Below are positions 34,566 to 41,672 of a stretch of 41,672 nucleotides of DNA, piece after piece. The DNA comes from an uncultured Eubacteriales bacterium (GTDB lineage: Bacteria; Bacillota; Clostridia; Oscillospirales; Acutalibacteraceae). The notes beneath the pieces were generated by a model. That model was not told where the DNA came from and searched no databases. It saw nothing but the letters and a program-made list of their open reading frames with translations. A program made the position numbers and the translations under genes. The DNA lies in contig CAYJJB010000005.1 of assembly GCA_964370405.1 (NCBI GenBank), positions 1 to 41,672 of the forward strand. Direction: 5' to 3'. Within the stretch, counting starts at the first letter, position 1, and each line of letters opens with the position of its first letter.

Positions 34566-34997
34566 ATGGAAGCTTTTGTATGGATAGGAATAATAATACT
34601 GTCGGTAGTGGTTGAAGCCTTGAGTGTGCAAATGGTAAGTGTTTGGTTTGCTTTTGGCGGTCTTGGTGGACTTATTACATACAGCGCTGGCGGAGAAACA
34701 TGGCTGCAAATTGCCATAGCACTTGTCGTCACTGTAGTTTGTCTAATTATTTCAAAACCGCTTGTAAGGAAAATGAAGAAAAAAGATGGCGAGGTAAGGA
34801 CAAATGCGGATAGAAATATAGGGGAGCACGGCTTAGTGACGAATGTAATACTTCCCGACAGCATAGAGGGCAGAGTGAAACTTATGGGAAACAGCTGGGC
34901 TGCAGTGTCTTCAAATAACACAAAAATTGAAGAGGGCACAAAAGTTGTAGTAGAAAAAATAGAAGGTGCGAAACTTGTAGTTAGCACGGTAGATTAA
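34566..34997 (+). CDS. NfeD-family membrane protein (short form, C-terminal OB fold)
   Basis: 143 aa. Two to three N-terminal transmembrane helices, then ...NIGEHGLVTNVILPDSIEGRVKLMGNSWAAVS...GTKVVVEKIEGAKLVV. GGGAGG RBS. It sits immediately upstream of an SPFH gene, the classic pairing. Confidence 0.8.
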   Translation: MEAFVWIGIIILSVVVEALSVQMVSVWFAFGGLGGLITYSAGGETWLQIAIALVVTVVCLIISKPLVRKMKKKDGEVRTNADRNIGEHGLVTNVILPDSIEGRVKLMGNSWAAVSSNNTKIEEGTKVVVEKIEGAKLVVSTVD

Positions 34998-35011
34998 GAG
35001 GGAGAATTATT

Positions 35012-35911
35012 ATGGAAGAAATTATTATGATAGCAATACCTGTAGTGATAGCAATTATAGTTATAGGAATTTTAATAGCAAATATCAGGATAGTACCGCA
35101 AGCACAGGCGTTTGTAATAGAAAGGCTTGGTACTTTCCATACGACATGGCAAAACGGAATACATGTAAAAATTCCGTTTGTTGACAGAATAGCAAAAAAG
35201 ATATCTTTAAAAGAGCAGGTAATTGACTTTCCACCACAACCTGTTATCACTAAAGATAATGTAACCATGCAGATTGATACGGTAGTATACTTTCAAATTA
35301 CAGACCCAAAACTGTATGCTTATGGTGTAGAAAATCCACTTTCTGCAATAGAAAATTTATCTGCAACAACACTTAGGAATATAATTGGTGATATGGAGCT
35401 TGATAATACTCTTACTTCTCGTGATGTAATAAACTCTAAAATTCGTGTAATTTTGGACGAAGCAACAGACCCATGGGGTATAAAAGTAAACAGGGTAGAA
35501 CTTAAAAATATTATTCCACCAAGAGAAATACAAGAGTCAATGGAAAAACAAATGAAGGCAGAGCGTGAAAGGCGTGCCAAAATTTTGGATGCAGAGGGTG
35601 AAAAAAGCTCTGCAATTTTAATAGCAGAGGGCCATAAAGAATCTGAAATTTTAAGGGCGGAAGCCGTAAAAGAGAGAAAAATAAGAGAGGCACAGGGTGA
35701 AGCAGAGGCTATAATTTCTGTACAAAAAGCGCTTGCCGACTCAATAAAGATGCTTAATGAGGCAAATCCACAAGACTCAGTAATAGCAATAAAAAGCCTA
35801 GAGGCATTTGAAAAAGCCGCAGACGGCAAGGCAACAAAAATAATAGTTCCTTCAAACATACAAGGCCTTGCAGGTATGGCGACAAGTATCAAGGAAATGT
35901 TTAATAGTTAA
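35012..35911 (+). CDS. SPFH/band-7 (stomatin-like) protein
   Basis: 299 aa. An N-terminal membrane anchor, then PQAQAFVIERLGTFHTTWQNGIHVKIPFVDRIAKKISLKEQVIDFPPQPVITKDNVTMQIDTVVYFQITDP and a coiled-coil EAE-rich region. Confidence 0.9.
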   Translation: MEEIIMIAIPVVIAIIVIGILIANIRIVPQAQAFVIERLGTFHTTWQNGIHVKIPFVDRIAKKISLKEQVIDFPPQPVITKDNVTMQIDTVVYFQITDPKLYAYGVENPLSAIENLSATTLRNIIGDMELDNTLTSRDVINSKIRVILDEATDPWGIKVNRVELKNIIPPREIQESMEKQMKAERERRAKILDAEGEKSSAILIAEGHKESEILRAEAVKERKIREAQGEAEAIISVQKALADSIKMLNEANPQDSVIAIKSLEAFEKAADGKATKIIVPSNIQGLAGMATSIKEMFNS

Positions 35912-35990
35912 GAGTGTAGTGAACGCATTGCATGCGTTCAAAGTGAAGAGTGAAAAGTGAAGAGTTGTGGCGAAATGCTACGCATTTTTT
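35912..35990 (+). repeat. Heptad element, half-copy e
   Basis: A 9-bp hairpin, TGAACGCAT-tgc-ATGCGTTCA (35920-35940). Then AAGTGAAGA GTGAAAA GTGAAGA GTTGTGG (35941-35970). Then the mini-hairpin plus T-run, CGAAATGC-tac-GCATTTTTT (35971-35990). Confidence 0.7.
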
Positions 35991-36075
35991 GATTCTATTT
36001 TGACAAAACCGCAGTTTCATTGTAGTGACGTTCCGTTGTTTGCAGTGCTTTGACAAAACAAAGGAGGGATATATT

Positions 36076-37494
36076 ATGAAAAAACTTATATCTTTAATTT
36101 TATGTGTAAGTCTAATATTACTTGTCGCATGTCAAGATGAGCAGGCTGATATTTATTCTGCTGCCATGAATGTGCAGGAAGATGGGTCACAACCTTCACC
36201 TGAGAGTAAGAGCGGTGGGGAAGATAACGGTGATGGAGGTCTTTCGGGCACGCTTGAAATTTCGGCTTTACTAGAAGATGATCTTTCCGGTTGGTGGCCT
36301 TTGGCACAAGGGTTTATGGAACTTCATCCAAATGTAGAAGTAATATCGAATGACAATGCGGTGAATTACGATATGGAGGGCACTGAATATGCTGCAGGAG
36401 TTGAGGCATATGTGGAAAATTTGAGGGTGAGTTTGGCAAGTGGTGATGTGCCTGATTTAATTTTTGATGCAGGTAGCTTTATTGAAACAGCCGCTACATC
36501 TGGGCTTATTTATGATTTAAACGAATTTATGGACAGTGACCCTGAGTATGTAAGAGAAGACTATTTTGAAACTGTTATAGAAGCGCACGAGATGGAAGGG
36601 AAACTTTATCAGTATCCAAGATACTTCTCTTATGTAGTTTTTCGATTTAGACAAGATGTGATGGACGAACTCCAGATAGACGTGGAGGAGCTTAACGGCG
36701 TTGACTATAGATTTCTTCATGATACCCTTGAAAAAATAAATAAGAGCGGAAAATTCCCCGAAATAAAATACATTGGCAGAGAGGGTAGAGAGGGGCAGGC
36801 ATTTTTTTATGAAGATGAACTTGCGGCTTGTATAAATAACGAAACCATGGAAATAAGTTTTAACACAGCTGAATTTATAGATTATTTAAATGCTGGAATG
36901 GCATATGAGGCTGGCGAGGAAAATCACGGTGGTTTTTATGTTGATGGGCCAGAGAATTTGTTTGAAACAGATTCACACTTTGTAGAAGGACTTTTTAATC
37001 AAGCTCTTAATGTTACCAAAATTAATATGCCACAAAACAATGTTACACAGGCTGTACCTTTACTTACATCAAAGGGTTCAGTGTTTGTCACTTCAGAAAC
37101 AGTGGCAATACCAAAGAATGCGAAAAACCCAGAACTTGCATGGGAATTTATTAAATACTGTATAGAGGAAAGCGAGAATATAAATACACATTGGGAGCAT
37201 ATAGGAAAGCTCAATGGCGATAGATTTGAAGGACAAATACCAATAAACAAGGGTAATTTTGAAGTGTTTTTTGGAGAGTATTTAAAAGGTAGTTCAGAAG
37301 AAACTATTGAAGGGTATTTTGAGAGTACATACAAAGCTTTAGAAAATGAAATTTTGGTAAGTCTTATAGACGATGAACTTGCACAAGTGATATTCACTCC
37401 ACTTAATGATTTTTATAAAGGCTTAATGAGTGCCGAGGAATGTGCAAAAACCATGCAGGAAAGGGCGGATATTTATATGGGGGAAAACAGTTAG
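36076..37494 (+). CDS. Lipoprotein, ABC-transporter extracellular solute-binding protein family (copy A1)
   Basis: ATG at 36076 with AAGGAGGG at 36061-36068. The signal peptide and lipobox read MKKLISLILCVSLILLVAC. The SBP-type C-terminal string is VAIPKNAKNPELAWEFIKYC. The track ORF start at 36025 has no RBS. Confidence 0.8.
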   Translation: MKKLISLILCVSLILLVACQDEQADIYSAAMNVQEDGSQPSPESKSGGEDNGDGGLSGTLEISALLEDDLSGWWPLAQGFMELHPNVEVISNDNAVNYDMEGTEYAAGVEAYVENLRVSLASGDVPDLIFDAGSFIETAATSGLIYDLNEFMDSDPEYVREDYFETVIEAHEMEGKLYQYPRYFSYVVFRFRQDVMDELQIDVEELNGVDYRFLHDTLEKINKSGKFPEIKYIGREGREGQAFFYEDELAACINNETMEISFNTAEFIDYLNAGMAYEAGEENHGGFYVDGPENLFETDSHFVEGLFNQALNVTKINMPQNNVTQAVPLLTSKGSVFVTSETVAIPKNAKNPELAWEFIKYCIEESENINTHWEHIGKLNGDRFEGQIPINKGNFEVFFGEYLKGSSEETIEGYFESTYKALENEILVSLIDDELAQVIFTPLNDFYKGLMSAEECAKTMQERADIYMGENS

Positions 37495-37566
37495 TAGTTG
37501 TAGTGAACGCATTATATGCGTTCAAAGTGAAGAGTGAAGAGTTGTGGCGAAATGCTACGCATTTTT
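37495..37566 (+). repeat. Heptad element, half-copy f
   Basis: TGAACGCAT-tat-ATGCGTTCA hairpin, then AAGTGAAGA GTGAAGA GTTGTGG, then CGAAATGC-tac-GCATTTTT. Confidence 0.7.
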
Positions 37567-37651
37567 GATTATAAATTTACAAAACCGCAGTTTCATTGTA
37601 GTGACGTTCCGTTGTTTGCAGTGCTTTGACAAAACAAAGGAGGGATATATT

Positions 37652-39070
37652 ATGAAAAAACTTATATCTTTAATTTTATGTGTAAGTCTAATATTACTTG
37701 TCGCATGTCAAGATGAGCAGGCTGATATTTATTCTGCTGCCATGAATGTGCAGGAAGATGGGTCACAACCTTCACCTGAGAGTAAGAGCGGTGGGGAAGA
37801 TAACGGTGATGGAGGTCTTTCGGGCACGCTTGAAATTTCGGCTTTACTAGAAGATGATCTTTCCGGTTGGTGGCCTTTGGCACAAGGGTTTATGGAACTT
37901 CATCCAAATGTAGAAGTAATATCGAATGACAATGCGGTGAATTACGATATGGAGGGCACTGAATATGCTGCAGGAGTTGAGGCATATGTGGAAAATTTGA
38001 GGGTGAGTTTGGCAAGTGGTGATGTGCCTGATTTAATTTTTGATGCAGGTAGCTTTATTGAAACAGCCGCTACATCTGGGCTTATTTATGATTTAAACGA
38101 ATTTATGGACAGTGACCCTGAGTATGTAAGAGAAGACTATTTTGAAACTGTTATAGAAGCGCACGAGATGGAAGGGAAACTTTATCAGTATCCAAGATAC
38201 TTCTCTTATGTAGTTTTTCGATTTAGACAAGATGTGATGGACGAACTCCAGATAGACGTGGAGGAGCTTAACGGCGTTGACTATAGATTTCTTCATGATA
38301 CCCTTGAAAAAATAAATAAGAGCGGAAAATTCCCCGAAATAAAATACATTGGCAGAGAGGGTAGAGAGGGGCAGGCATTTTTTTATGAAGATGAACTTGC
38401 GGCTTGTATAAATAACGAAACCATGGAAATAAGTTTTAACACAGCTGAATTTATAGATTATTTAAATGCTGGAATGGCATATGAGGCTGGCGAGGAAAAT
38501 CACGGTGGTTTTTATGTTGATGGGCCAGAGAATTTGTTTGAAACAGATTCACACTTTGTAGAAGGACTTTTTAATCAAGCTCTTAATGTTACCAAAATTA
38601 ATATGCCACAAAACAATGTTACACAGGCTGTACCTTTACTTACATCAAAGGGTTCAGTGTTTGTCACTTCAGAAACAGTGGCAATACCAAAGAATGCGAA
38701 AAACCCAGAACTTGCATGGGAATTTATTAAATACTGTATAGAGGAAAGCGAGAATATAAATACACATTGGGAGCATATAGGAAAGCTCAATGGCGATAGA
38801 TTTGAAGGACAAATACCAATAAACAAGGGTAATTTTGAAGTGTTTTTTGGAGAGTATTTAAAAGGTAGTTCAGAAGAAACTATTGAAGGGTATTTTGAGA
38901 GTACATACAAAGCTTTAGAAAATGAAATTTTGGTAAGTCTTATAGACGATGAACTTGCACAAGTGATATTCACTCCACTTAATGATTTTTATAAAGGCTT
39001 AATGAGTGCCGAGGAATGTGCAAAAACCATGCAGGAAAGGGCGGATATTTATATGGGGGAAAACAGTTAG
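37652..39070 (+). CDS. Lipoprotein, solute-binding protein family (copy A2, 100% identical to A1)
   Basis: Same sequence as 36076-37494, shifted by 1576 nt. The track ORF start at 37544 reads through repeat element f and is rejected. Confidence 0.8.
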   Translation: MKKLISLILCVSLILLVACQDEQADIYSAAMNVQEDGSQPSPESKSGGEDNGDGGLSGTLEISALLEDDLSGWWPLAQGFMELHPNVEVISNDNAVNYDMEGTEYAAGVEAYVENLRVSLASGDVPDLIFDAGSFIETAATSGLIYDLNEFMDSDPEYVREDYFETVIEAHEMEGKLYQYPRYFSYVVFRFRQDVMDELQIDVEELNGVDYRFLHDTLEKINKSGKFPEIKYIGREGREGQAFFYEDELAACINNETMEISFNTAEFIDYLNAGMAYEAGEENHGGFYVDGPENLFETDSHFVEGLFNQALNVTKINMPQNNVTQAVPLLTSKGSVFVTSETVAIPKNAKNPELAWEFIKYCIEESENINTHWEHIGKLNGDRFEGQIPINKGNFEVFFGEYLKGSSEETIEGYFESTYKALENEILVSLIDDELAQVIFTPLNDFYKGLMSAEECAKTMQERADIYMGENS

Positions 39071-39142
39071 TAGTTGTAGTGAACGCATTATATGCGTTCA
39101 AAGTGAAGAGTGAAGAGTTGTGGCGAAATGCTACGCATTTTT
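39071..39142 (+). repeat. Heptad element, half-copy g (identical to f; part of the duplication)
   Basis: Identical to 37495-37566. Confidence 0.7.
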
Positions 39143-39230
39143 GATTATAAATTTACAAAACCACAATTTTATTGTAGGGAACCACGTTTCGTTGTTTGCA
39201 GTGCTTTGACAAAACAAAGGAAGGTATATT

Positions 39231-40667
39231 ATGAAAAAGTTTGTATCAATATTTTTAAGCATAAGTTTAATATTACTTGTCGCATGTCAAAATGAGCAAG
39301 CTGATATTTATTCTGCTCACATGACTGCGGTGGAGGAAAAACCGCAAGACAGTAATGTGGAGGAAAATGAAAGTACTGGCGACGGGCTTTCTGGCACGCT
39401 TTTGCTGTCTGCTTTAGACGCACCAGGTGACTATTCCAATTGGTCGAGTTTAGCAGATGGATTTATGGAACTTCACCCAAATGTAGAAGTTATTGCGGTA
39501 AACGAAAACGGAATGGGATTTGACCCTACCGCTTCAAGAGAAGAAAATCTTATTAAAATTGAGAAATATAAGACAGATTTAAATATTAGTCTTGTGTCAG
39601 GAAATGCGCCTGATATTATTTTTAATGAGAGTTATATTCTTTCAGATATTTTACCAAGTGGTATGCTTATGGATTTAAATGAATTTATAGAAAATGATGA
39701 AACATTTATTGAAGAAGACTTTTATATGAACGTCATAAAATCAACTGAGATGGGTGGCGCTTTAACAGCTATTCCCACAGGTTTTTACAGCAACGCCGTG
39801 CGCTTTAATACGAATATGTTAGATGCCGCAGGAATAAGTTTAGATGGTGTTGAAACGGTGGATTATAAACTAATATTAGAAAATTATAATAAGGTAGTGG
39901 ATAGCGGAGAAGTTCCAAGCTTAAAAAGTATTGAAAGATATGCGGCGTATTCACAGCATCTCTACGTGACAGACGAAATATGTGCATCTATAGATTTTGA
40001 AAACTTTACATCTAACTTTGATACAGAAAACTTTAGAAACTGCTTAATTCAAATGAAAGAGTATATAGATAGCATGGGCACCGTAGTAGAAGAGGAATAT
40101 GATGAGCTATACCGTGTGTTTGATAAAGATAATCATCTTGTAGAATCGACATATACATTTTTATATCAAGATATAGAAAAAACTATGATGGAGTATGCAA
40201 ATGCAAGTGAACCTTATCCATTTGTGACATCAACAGGAAAGCACATTGTGAGCCTAGGTGCACTTATGGCCATACCACAAACTGCCAAAAATCCGGAACT
40301 TGCATGGGAATTTATTAAATACTGTACATATGAAAGTGAAAAAGTGGCAACATTTTATGACTGGGAAAAAGTTGGCAGATGGGACGGTGACAGATTTGAA
40401 GGAAGAATACCTGTAAATAGAGGAAATTTTGAAAAATATGTTAAACTAACTCTTAATGGCTATCCCGAATATATGGAAGAAAACCTTATAAAGTTCATTG
40501 ACGAAGCCACAAGTTTGGAAATACAGCAAAGCTTTATGTTTCAAACTTTAATAGATGACATATGGGAAAATATAGTAAGTGAATATTATAATGGTTTGTT
40601 GACCATTGATGAATGTATCAGCGCTATAAGTGAAAGGACAGACATTTACTTTGCAGAAATAAGCTAA
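39231..40667 (+). CDS. Lipoprotein, solute-binding protein family (diverged paralog C)
   Basis: 478 aa with MKKFVSIFLSISLILLVAC (lipobox), GFMELHPNVEVI and MAIPQTAKNPELAWEFIKYC. It shares short islands of nucleotide identity with copies A1 and A2. Confidence 0.8.
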   Translation: MKKFVSIFLSISLILLVACQNEQADIYSAHMTAVEEKPQDSNVEENESTGDGLSGTLLLSALDAPGDYSNWSSLADGFMELHPNVEVIAVNENGMGFDPTASREENLIKIEKYKTDLNISLVSGNAPDIIFNESYILSDILPSGMLMDLNEFIENDETFIEEDFYMNVIKSTEMGGALTAIPTGFYSNAVRFNTNMLDAAGISLDGVETVDYKLILENYNKVVDSGEVPSLKSIERYAAYSQHLYVTDEICASIDFENFTSNFDTENFRNCLIQMKEYIDSMGTVVEEEYDELYRVFDKDNHLVESTYTFLYQDIEKTMMEYANASEPYPFVTSTGKHIVSLGALMAIPQTAKNPELAWEFIKYCTYESEKVATFYDWEKVGRWDGDRFEGRIPVNRGNFEKYVKLTLNGYPEYMEENLIKFIDEATSLEIQQSFMFQTLIDDIWENIVSEYYNGLLTIDECISAISERTDIYFAEIS

Positions 40668-40688
40668 TCGCTAAAAAGGAGGGTAATA

Positions 40689-41672
40689 ATGGCATATAAA
40701 GTAGGAATAGTTGGAAACGGGTGGAGGGCTAACACTTTTTTGAAAATATGTGAGGAACTACCCAAGATATTCAGCTTTAGTGGAATGTTATTTAGAAACG
40801 AGGAAAAGGCAGAGGCATTTTCAAAAAAACATCCTAAAATGGCATTTACAGATTATAAAAAATTCTATGAAGAAGAATTTGACTTTGTTATTGTTGCAGT
40901 GAGCCGAAATGCTACCTTAAAGCACTGCAAACAGGCTATGGAAGGCGGTGTGCCAGTGCTTTGCGAAACTCCTCCTGGTGATGGCGAAGAAGAGCTAATT
41001 GAAATTTTAAGACTTAAAAGAAAACTGGGTGCAAAAGTGCAGGTTTTAGAACAATATTTTAAACAGCCCTACCATAGTGCAGTGCAAAAATTTATTAAAA
41101 GTGGAAAAATGGGCGAGGTATCAAACGTCACACTTTCAATGATTCACGACTACCATGCGCTTAGTATGATGAGAAAATATTTGGGAGTAGGCTTTCAAAA
41201 CTGCACGGTTAAGGCAGAAATGTATAAATTCCCTGTAACAGAAACAGCAGGGCTTTCGGGTCTTATCCATGATGGGGAAGTGAAGATGGCAGAGCATAAA
41301 CGAGCGGTGTTTAAGTTTGATGGCGGAAAAGTAGGATTTTATAATTTTGCAGGCACTCAGTATTTTAATTATCTAAGGAAAAGACATTTAAAAATTCAAG
41401 GAGTAAGGGGAGAGATAAGTAATTTGGATTTTTGCTATCTAAGTGAGGAAAATCTACCGATTGAGGCTAAGCTACAGCGCCACAATTTAGGTGAATTTTC
41501 AAATCTTGAGGGATATTCTTTAAGAGGCCTTAGTTTAAACGGCGAGTATCTATATAAAAATCCATATGAAGAACAGCGATTTAATGATGATGAAATAGCA
41601 ATTGCTAGCATTATGGAGGGCATGGGCAAATATGTAAAAGGCGGAGAAGAAATCTACCCCTTAGAAGAGGCG
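40689..41672 (+). CDS. Gfo/Idh/MocA-family oxidoreductase, N-terminal 328 codons; the gene runs off the right edge
   Basis: Not in the track because it has no stop. ATG at 40689 with AAGGAGGG at 40676-40683. It reads MAYKVGIVGNGWRANTFLKICEELPK...FDFVIVAVSRNATLKHCKQAMEGGVPVLCETPPG (Rossmann N-terminus with an EKP-like CETP motif). I translated it to base 41672 without a stop. Confidence 0.75.
   Translation, partial: MAYKVGIVGNGWRANTFLKICEELPKIFSFSGMLFRNEEKAEAFSKKHPKMAFTDYKKFYEEEFDFVIVAVSRNATLKHCKQAMEGGVPVLCETPPGDGEEELIEILRLKRKLGAKVQVLEQYFKQPYHSAVQKFIKSGKMGEVSNVTLSMIHDYHALSMMRKYLGVGFQNCTVKAEMYKFPVTETAGLSGLIHDGEVKMAEHKRAVFKFDGGKVGFYNFAGTQYFNYLRKRHLKIQGVRGEISNLDFCYLSEENLPIEAKLQRHNLGEFSNLEGYSLRGLSLNGEYLYKNPYEEQRFNDDEIAIASIMEGMGKYVKGGEEIYPLEEA

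Larger units (their letters stand above)
36003..39162. repeat. Perfect tandem duplication, 2 x 1576 bp (36003-37578 and 37579-39154), plus a shared 8-bp junction, ACAAAACC
   Basis: Every plus- and minus-strand track ORF recurs with an offset of exactly 1576 and identical translations: 36025 and 37601, 36086 and 37662, 36517 and 38093, 36999 and 38575. My line-by-line spot checks at six positions were identical. Identity starts at 36003/37579 and ends at 37586/39162. Confidence 0.9.

Noticed and set aside
37544-37651. 36-codon N-terminal extension of the second SBP ORF, and the 17-codon extension at 36025-36075
   Set aside because: The extensions run through the repeat element and 5' region and have no RBS. 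The ATG at 37652 (and 36076) follows AAGGAGGG and begins a textbook lipoprotein signal peptide.
1-41672. Search for defence islands, prophage, integrative elements, toxin-antitoxin pairs, tRNA/rRNA genes and CRISPR arrays
   Set aside because: No integrase, transposase, recombinase, nuclease/helicase defence-type ORFs, phage structural genes or RNA genes were recognisable. All large ORFs have ordinary housekeeping or metabolic assignments, apart from the DUF5685-like/J-domain/membrane operon reported above.

Overview
41.7-kb low-GC chromosomal segment. Gene content and signals look Firmicutes/Clostridia-like: GGAGG-type RBSs, TTGACA-17-TATAAT promoters, an ispH-rpsA fusion and a NuoEF-type [FeFe]-hydrogenase. 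That taxonomic placement is inference only.

Gene order, left to right:
- glnN (type III glutamine synthetase, partial) and asnA on the minus strand, divergent from glnA, an ANTAR regulator and pyrG.
- pcp, tatD, metG and a 34-codon ORF (minus).
- pdxK.
- paaK-iorA-iorB-paaK-ACT aryl-pyruvate/arylacetate cluster, then dCMP deaminase.
- A PAS-GGDEF-GAF diguanylate cyclase (minus).
- A three-gene [FeFe]-hydrogenase operon whose NuoF-like subunit is fused to a GltD/NfnB-like module.
- secDF, ispH-rpsA, plsC, cmk, a HI0933-type flavoprotein and rpiR (all minus).
- An uncharacterised operon of a DUF5685-like protein, a J-domain/Cys-rich protein and a membrane protein (minus).
- nfeD and an SPFH gene.
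- Three tandem lipoprotein solute-binding-protein genes.
- A partial Gfo/Idh/MocA oxidoreductase.

I found no rRNA, tRNA, CRISPR array, transposase, integrase or recognisable defence genes. The window is mostly housekeeping, and I cannot point to a clear new multi-gene system.

The non-obvious signals are:
1. The asnA and glnA leaders each carry an intrinsic terminator. Its 5' arm is overlapped by a hexaloop hairpin (A at loop position 1, G at 4) of the kind ANTAR regulators bind.
2. A family of intergenic elements occurs seven times, always just after the stop codon of a plus-strand gene. Each has 7-nt periodic arms (GTGAAGA/GTTGATA) and a covarying AAATGC-NNN-GCATTT mini-hairpin.
3. One SBP gene is duplicated in a base-perfect 1576-bp tandem repeat whose hybrid junction indicates unequal crossover.
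4. A bidirectional terminator hairpin is duplicated 225 bp apart around a hairpin-rich 199-bp insert with 15-bp inverted termini.
5. The hydrogenase has an unusual NuoF-GltD fusion, and HydA reads TSCSPGW where TSCCPxW is expected.
6. The DUF5685-like/J-domain/membrane operon has no assigned function.

All family assignments come from my reading of the translated sequences. No database search was run.
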